From an uncultured Acidimicrobiaceae bacterium (GTDB taxonomy: Bacteria > Actinomycetota > Acidimicrobiia > Actinomarinales > Actinomarinaceae), in contig CAXHFF010000001.1 in NCBI GenBank assembly GCA_964016255.1, positions 1-54,036 on the forward strand: a DNA stretch of 54,036 nt. The letters run 5' to 3'. A model generated the notes under the pieces. It was given only the letters and a program-made list of their open reading frames with translations, had not been told where the DNA came from and ran no database searches. Positions 49,351-54,036 of the stretch are shown piece by piece (within the stretch, counting starts at the first letter, position 1; every line of letters starts with the position of its first letter). A program made the position numbers and the translations under genes.

Positions 49351-50118
49351 ATGGTTACTTACAAAACACCCGAAGACTTTTTAAAGATGGCTAAAGCAGG
49401 TAAAGTTGTTTCAAATATCCACTATGAAATTTATAATTCAGCAAAACCAGGAATGACTTTAAAAGATTTAGATAATATTGCAAAAGAAATAGTAGAGAAA
49501 TCAAATGTAATATCTAGCTTTCTTGGCTATCCGCAACCAGGAACGATCGATTTTCCTGCTTATATATGTGCATCTCCAAATGAGATAATTGTTCATGGAA
49601 TACCAAACCAATATGTAATAAAAGAAGGAGATATAATCTCCATTGATGCTGGTGTTTCCTTTGAAGGCTATCACGCGGATGCAGCTTTCACCTTTGGAAT
49701 AGGGGAAATAACTGATGAAGACAAAAACTTGATTAAAGATACAAAGTACGCACTGCTTGAAGCCATAAACCTCGTTCAAGACGGGCAAAGACTTGGAACT
49801 ATTGGTCATAAAATTGATAAAATTGCGACAAAAAAGAACCTCGGCAATGTTAGAAATTATGTCGGTCATGGAATTGGTATAGAGATGCATGAAGCCCCTC
49901 AAATACCCCATTATGGTAAAAAGAACACAGGTTTTGAATTGAGGACAGGAATGGCAATTTGTATTGAGCCAATGTTTAATTTAGGCACTAAAGAAACTAC
50001 AGTAGATGAGGATGGTTGGACAGTTAGAACGCTCGATGGGAGAAAATCGGCTCATTATGAACATACAATAGGTTTAACAGAGGAAGGCACCCGTGTTTTT
50101 ACTGAAAACTTATTTTAA
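49351..50118 (+). CDS. map: Methionine aminopeptidase, type I
   Basis: 255 aa. Metal ligands in ISIDAGVSFEGYHAD, YVGHGIGIEMHEAPQIPHY and CIEPM...HYEHT. Confidence 0.95.
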   Translation: MVTYKTPEDFLKMAKAGKVVSNIHYEIYNSAKPGMTLKDLDNIAKEIVEKSNVISSFLGYPQPGTIDFPAYICASPNEIIVHGIPNQYVIKEGDIISIDAGVSFEGYHADAAFTFGIGEITDEDKNLIKDTKYALLEAINLVQDGQRLGTIGHKIDKIATKKNLGNVRNYVGHGIGIEMHEAPQIPHYGKKNTGFELRTGMAICIEPMFNLGTKETTVDEDGWTVRTLDGRKSAHYEHTIGLTEEGTRVFTENLF

Positions 50119-50177
50119 TTTTATGTTGGTAATAGTTTTTAATCGCACTATTCTGATTTATCGGTCCTAATTACAAG

Positions 50178-50408
50178 GTGATTTTGGTAGAAAAAGAAAA
50201 AAATATAATAAAGGTTCAGGGAACAGTTACTGAGACTTTACCAAACGCATCTTTTAAAGTGGAGCTTGAAAGTGGTGCAGAAATTCTTGCACACGTTTCA
50301 GGCAAAATGAGAATGAGGTATATAAGAATACTTCCTGGGGACATGGTTGATATGGAAGTATCACCGTATGATCCTACAAGAGGTAGGATAACTTGGAGAC
50401 ACAAATGA
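50178..50408 (+). CDS. infA: Translation initiation factor IF-1
   Basis: 76 aa. [40 protein letters not shown]. The start is GTG 50178 or TTG 50184 (AAGGTG just upstream), so it is uncertain by 6 nt. Confidence 0.93.
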   Translation: MILVEKEKNIIKVQGTVTETLPNASFKVELESGAEILAHVSGKMRMRYIRILPGDMVDMEVSPYDPTRGRITWRHK

Positions 50409-50521
50409 AAGTTAAATCAAGTATTAAGAAGAGGGGTCCAGGCGACCAAATTGTTAGACGTAAGGGAAAACTTTATGTAATTAACAAGAAAAATCCTCGA
50501 AATAAGCAAAGGCAAGGCTAA
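50405..50521 (+). CDS. rpmJ: 50S ribosomal protein L36, Cys-less (zinc-independent, YkgO-like) form
   Basis: Below the ORF-track size cut-off. 38 aa, [42 protein letters not shown] overlap with the infA stop. Canonical position before rpsM. Confidence 0.9.
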   Translation: MKVKSSIKKRGPGDQIVRRKGKLYVINKKNPRNKQRQG

Positions 50522-50524
50522 AGA

Positions 50525-50902
50525 ATGGCTAGAATTTCTGGAATTGACATTCCAAGAGACAAAAGAGTTATTGCTTCTTTAAGATACATTCACGGTGTTG
50601 GGGCTAAAAGATCTGCTGATATTTGTACAGACCTCAAAATAGATCCAAGTACAAGAGTAAGCAATTTAACAAATGACGAAGTTGCACAAATAAGAAAATA
50701 CATCGAAGCAAACTTCCGAGTTGAAGGTGACCTAAGAAGAGACGTATCTCAAAACATCAGAAGAAAAACTGAAATAGGCACATATCAAGGTTTAAGACAT
50801 AGAACAGGCTTACCTGTAAGAGGTCAAAGGACACACACAAATGCAAGGACCCGTAAAGGTCCTAGGTTTGCCATAGCAGGTAAGAAAAAGGTAATGAAAT
50901 AA
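50525..50902 (+). CDS. rpsM: 30S ribosomal protein S13
   Basis: 125 aa. [15 protein letters not shown] and [26 protein letters not shown]. Confidence 0.97.
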   Translation: MARISGIDIPRDKRVIASLRYIHGVGAKRSADICTDLKIDPSTRVSNLTNDEVAQIRKYIEANFRVEGDLRRDVSQNIRRKTEIGTYQGLRHRTGLPVRGQRTHTNARTRKGPRFAIAGKKKVMK

Positions 50903-51285
50903 TGGCTGATACTAAATCAAAAAAGAAAAACAAGAAGAACATACCTTCCGGAGTAGCCCACATAAAAGCTAGCTTTAACAATACAATTATTAACATTTCT
51001 GATTCAAATGGAGAAACAATTGTTTGGACATCGGGAGGCTCTGTAGGCTTTAAAGGATCTAGAAAATCGACTCCATATGCTGCCCAGGTTGCAGCCGAAG
51101 AAGCCGTTCGAAGAGCAACTGAATTTGGTGTACACAAACTTGATATCATTATTAGTGGTACTGGTGCAGGAAGAGAAACTGCAGTAAGAACTCTACAAAA
51201 TATGGGAATGGATGTTGGAACAATCAAAGATATTACCCCTACACCCCACAACGGTTGCAGGCCTAAGAAACGAAGGAGGGGATAA
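50902..51285 (+). CDS. rpsK: 30S ribosomal protein S11
   Basis: 127 aa. [18 protein letters not shown] and [19 protein letters not shown]. Confidence 0.97.
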   Translation: MADTKSKKKNKKNIPSGVAHIKASFNNTIINISDSNGETIVWTSGGSVGFKGSRKSTPYAAQVAAEEAVRRATEFGVHKLDIIISGTGAGRETAVRTLQNMGMDVGTIKDITPTPHNGCRPKKRRRG

Positions 51286-51899
51286 TGGCTAGATATACAG
51301 GACCCAGAGTAAGAGTTTCAAGAAGAATTGGTTTTAATGTATTTGAAAATAAAAAAGGGGACAAGGCCCTTCAAGATAGACCATATCCTCCAGGAGAAAA
51401 TGGAAGAAAAAGAGTTAGAGAAACTGACTACGGTACACAATTAAAAGAAAAGCAAAAAGTAAGATATATGTACGGAATACTCGAAAAACAATTTCGTAAT
51501 TACTACAAAGAAGCTTCTCGTATGTCAGGAATCACAGGAGAAAACTTACTAATACTTTTAGAATCAAGATTAGATAATGTTATTTATAGAGCTGGATTTG
51601 CCTCTACAAGGCCACAAGCCCGACAAATAGCTTCTCACAGACACTTAAAACTTAATGGTTCACTAGTAGACATTCCTTCAATACAAGTTAAACCAGGAGA
51701 TAAAATAGAATTAAAAGACAGTAGTCAGAATATGATTATAGTCCAACACACCATTGATACCGGACAAGACAATGAAACACCTTCATGGTTGTCTGTAGAC
51801 AACAACAAGAAAACAATTGAGGTCTTATCTTTGCCCTCTAGGGGAGATATAAGTCAACAAATAGAAGAACAGTTAATAGTAGAGCTTTATTCAAAATAA
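51285..51899 (+). CDS. rpsD: 30S ribosomal protein S4
   Basis: 204 aa. [16 protein letters not shown] and LESRLDNVIYRAGFASTRPQARQIASHRH. Confidence 0.97.
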   Translation: MARYTGPRVRVSRRIGFNVFENKKGDKALQDRPYPPGENGRKRVRETDYGTQLKEKQKVRYMYGILEKQFRNYYKEASRMSGITGENLLILLESRLDNVIYRAGFASTRPQARQIASHRHLKLNGSLVDIPSIQVKPGDKIELKDSSQNMIIVQHTIDTGQDNETPSWLSVDNNKKTIEVLSLPSRGDISQQIEEQLIVELYSK

Positions 51900-51920
51900 A
51901 AATTAGAGAGGAGAATTAAA

Positions 51921-52880
51921 TTGCTAATACTACAAAGACCAGACATATCTCAGGAAGAAGTAAGCACAAACAGAGCAAAGTTTTCAATTGAACCATTAGA
52001 GCCTGGATTTGGTTTAACTCTTGGTAATACTATGAGGAGAGCTTTATTATCCAGAGTCCCTGGAGTTGCAGTTACAGGAGTAAAGATTCAAGGTGTTAAC
52101 CATGAGTTCACATCAGTTCCTGGAGTTGTTGAAGATGTTTTAGACCTTCTGTTGAATCTAAAAAGACTTGTTCTCCATGTTGAGGATCAAGAGAATCATA
52201 CTTTAACAGTCAAGGCAAAAGGTCCAGGAGACGTTACTGCTGCACAAATACAGTGTCCTGCTGGAGTAGAAGTTGTTAACACTGATCTAAAAATTTGTAC
52301 ACTTTCAGGTGATGCAACTTTGGATATGGAAGTTTCTATTGCACATGGAGTAGGGTATCGTCTTGCTGATAAAAATAAAACTAGCGATTCAAATTTTATT
52401 CCAATTGACTCAATATTTTCCCCTATCGTCAAAGTAAGTTATGCTGTTACACCAACACAAGTTGGTCAAGTAACAAACTATGACAAACTTACATTAGATG
52501 TTGAGACCGATGGTTCGGTTTCTCCAAGTGAGTCCATGTCATCTGTCGGTAAAACTCTTGGTGAACTATGGAAACTATTTGCTGATATTGATGAAGGTAT
52601 TGGGCTTGAATTAGGAGAGTTAACCGTATCTGAGGGAAGCTCCCCAGATTTATCAATTTCAGTTGACGCATTAGATTTATCCGAAAGACCAATGAACTGT
52701 TTGGGCAGAGAGAACATTACAACTGTTGGACAAATTTTAGAGTACACAGAAGATGATCTTTTGAACCTAACAAACTTTGGCCAGAAAAGTCTTGATGAGC
52801 TTGTTGCTAAATTAGATGAATTAGGGTTAAGTTTACCAACTAGTTCTGACTTAGATTCTGAGGAAAACGCTGATGCCTAA
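51921..52880 (+). CDS. rpoA: DNA-directed RNA polymerase subunit alpha
   Basis: 319 aa. [23 protein letters not shown] and C-terminal domain [24 protein letters not shown] start after GAGAGGAG. Confidence 0.96.
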   Translation: MLILQRPDISQEEVSTNRAKFSIEPLEPGFGLTLGNTMRRALLSRVPGVAVTGVKIQGVNHEFTSVPGVVEDVLDLLLNLKRLVLHVEDQENHTLTVKAKGPGDVTAAQIQCPAGVEVVNTDLKICTLSGDATLDMEVSIAHGVGYRLADKNKTSDSNFIPIDSIFSPIVKVSYAVTPTQVGQVTNYDKLTLDVETDGSVSPSESMSSVGKTLGELWKLFADIDEGIGLELGELTVSEGSSPDLSISVDALDLSERPMNCLGRENITTVGQILEYTEDDLLNLTNFGQKSLDELVAKLDELGLSLPTSSDLDSEENADA

Positions 52881-53223
52881 ACCTACTAAAGGTAAAAGAT
52901 TAGGTGGTTCTGCCTCACACGAAGATCAAATTATAAGTAATTTGGTAAGATCTTTAATCCAACATGAAAAAATTGAAACTACTATAACCAAAGCTAAGGC
53001 TGTAAAACCTTATGCAGAAAAAGTTATTACTAAGGCAAAAAAGGGAACATTGCACGATAGACGACAAGTACTAAAAATGATTCAAGACAAAGCCGTAGTC
53101 GCAAAACTTTTCGAAGAGATTGGCCCTAAGTATCAAGAGAGAAACGGCGGATACACTAGAATCACAAGAACAACTTACCGAAAGGGCGACGGTACTGAAC
53201 TAGCTGTTCTAGAACTAGTTTGA
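52873..53223 (+). CDS. rplQ: 50S ribosomal protein L17
   Basis: 116 aa. [23 protein letters not shown] and [11 protein letters not shown]. Confidence 0.96.
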   Translation: MPKPTKGKRLGGSASHEDQIISNLVRSLIQHEKIETTITKAKAVKPYAEKVITKAKKGTLHDRRQVLKMIQDKAVVAKLFEEIGPKYQERNGGYTRITRTTYRKGDGTELAVLELV

Positions 53224-53224
53224 T

Positions 53225-53770
53225 TTGAGTACCTTTAGCGATGTCTGGAAAAAATTCCAAGCATTTTTAAGATTCAACCCTTCACTTATACAAAATATTA
53301 TCAACGATAGGTATGAAAGTGGTAATGCCTTTTTAATTGTAATAACAAGTCTCATTTCCATATATACTGCACTTTTTGTAACAACTAGATTTTCAAACTT
53401 TGTGGACATAGTATTTTATGGAATATTAGATGGCGCATTTGCGTGGATAATAGCAAGTTTAGGAATGTGGTTTATTTTATCGAGAGTATTCAAAGAAAAT
53501 TTAGATGTTAACAGTGTTTCAACCATGACTGGATACGCGCACGGGATAGTTGCAAGCATATCTGTCGTTATATTACTTCAAAATTATCTCAATCTCAGTG
53601 CAAGAATTATTGAGATTGCAATCTTAGGCATCTTTCTATGGCTGTTCTATACAATTTCTAGAACTTTAGAGATAGGGTTTCTGATTGATAAAAGAAGCTC
53701 AAGAATTTCTGCCTCCGTTTTTATTATTATATTGGTTTGGACTTCAGGCCCTTTAAAAATATTTTTCTAG
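53225..53770 (+). CDS. Hypothetical membrane protein (4-5 TM, possibly Yip1-like)
   Basis: 181 aa. Hydrophobic helices (FLIVITSLISIYTALFV, AFAWIIASLGMWFIL, IVASISVVILL, IAILGIFLWLFY, SVFIIILVW). TTG start 1 nt after the rplQ stop. The family guess is weak. Confidence 0.55.
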   Translation: MSTFSDVWKKFQAFLRFNPSLIQNIINDRYESGNAFLIVITSLISIYTALFVTTRFSNFVDIVFYGILDGAFAWIIASLGMWFILSRVFKENLDVNSVSTMTGYAHGIVASISVVILLQNYLNLSARIIEIAILGIFLWLFYTISRTLEIGFLIDKRSSRISASVFIIILVWTSGPLKIFF

Positions 53771-53771
53771 A

Positions 53772-54036
53772 TTGAATAACTATAAAATAATAATTTCTTA
53801 CGATGGAAAACATTTTCATGGTTTCCAAAAACAGACTTCAAACTTCACTGTTCAAGAGGCAATTGAGATAGCATTAGATAAACTCTTGAACTCATATCAA
53901 TTAACTTATGCTGGACGCACAGACAGTGGAGTTCATGCTAGGCAACAAGTCTTAAGCATTGTAACAAGTGAGATACTAAAAGATTCATTTAAACAATCAC
54001 TGAATGCTTTAGTTGGAGATCACATTTTTATAAAAA
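53772..54036 (+). CDS. truA: tRNA pseudouridine synthase A, 5' part (runs off the window)
   Basis: YKIIISYDGKHFHGFQKQ and AGRTDSGVHARQQV (catalytic Asp motif). TTG start 53772. Truncated by the window end. Confidence 0.9.
   Translation, partial: MNNYKIIISYDGKHFHGFQKQTSNFTVQEAIEIALDKLLNSYQLTYAGRTDSGVHARQQVLSIVTSEILKDSFKQSLNALVGDHIFIK

Noticed and set aside
1-54036. Mobile elements, CRISPR arrays, rRNA genes, prophage or defence islands
   Set aside because: I saw no transposase, integrase or Cas-like translations, no spaced direct-repeat arrays and no rRNA-like sequence. The window is core housekeeping DNA apart from the few accessory genes listed.

Overview
Dense, low-G+C (about one-third by eye) prokaryotic chromosome segment with almost no non-coding DNA. 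I ran no searches: all calls come from reading the translations and sequence and from remembered family motifs.

Lineage markers point to a streamlined marine actinobacterium, possibly Candidatus Actinomarinales-like (inference). The markers are an insertion of about 80 aa in beta-prime, the order tRNA-Tyr/Thr/Met-rpmG ... tRNA-Trp-secE-nusG, an extended S3, a short-lid Adk and a lipobox-anchored binding protein.

Content, left to right:
- An untrimmed Nextera adapter at the contig end.
- An FbpA/AfuA-type (ferric-iron type) ABC importer of three genes.
- A monocistronic heliorhodopsin gene.
- A convergent pair: a DUF4349-like lipoprotein and an alkaline-phosphatase-superfamily protein.
- An 11-gene nuo operon (A-B-C-D-H-I-J-K-L-M-N) with no nuoEFG.
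- A MidA/NDUFAF7-like methyltransferase directly after nuoN, interrupted by an in-frame TGA.
- htpX, a rhodanese and a PfkB kinase.
- Two hypothetical membrane or exported proteins on the minus strand.
- About 32 kb of uninterrupted plus-strand translation and transcription genes: four tRNAs, rpmG, an ECF sigma / ZAS anti-sigma pair, secE-nusG-rplKAJL-rpoBC, rpsLG-fusA-tuf, the S10, spc and alpha operons, adk, map, infA, rpmJ and the start of truA.

The most notable item is the heliorhodopsin, a retinal protein family recognised only in 2018 whose function is still unresolved. Secondary items:
- the complex I that lacks the NADH-oxidising module, together with the adjacent MidA homologue
- a probable ATT start for nuoN
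- exclusively zinc-independent forms of L33, S14 and L36 at the canonical loci
- an rplJ leader hairpin that sequesters the Shine-Dalgarno sequence

I saw no CRISPR array, rRNA, transposase, integrase or prophage genes.
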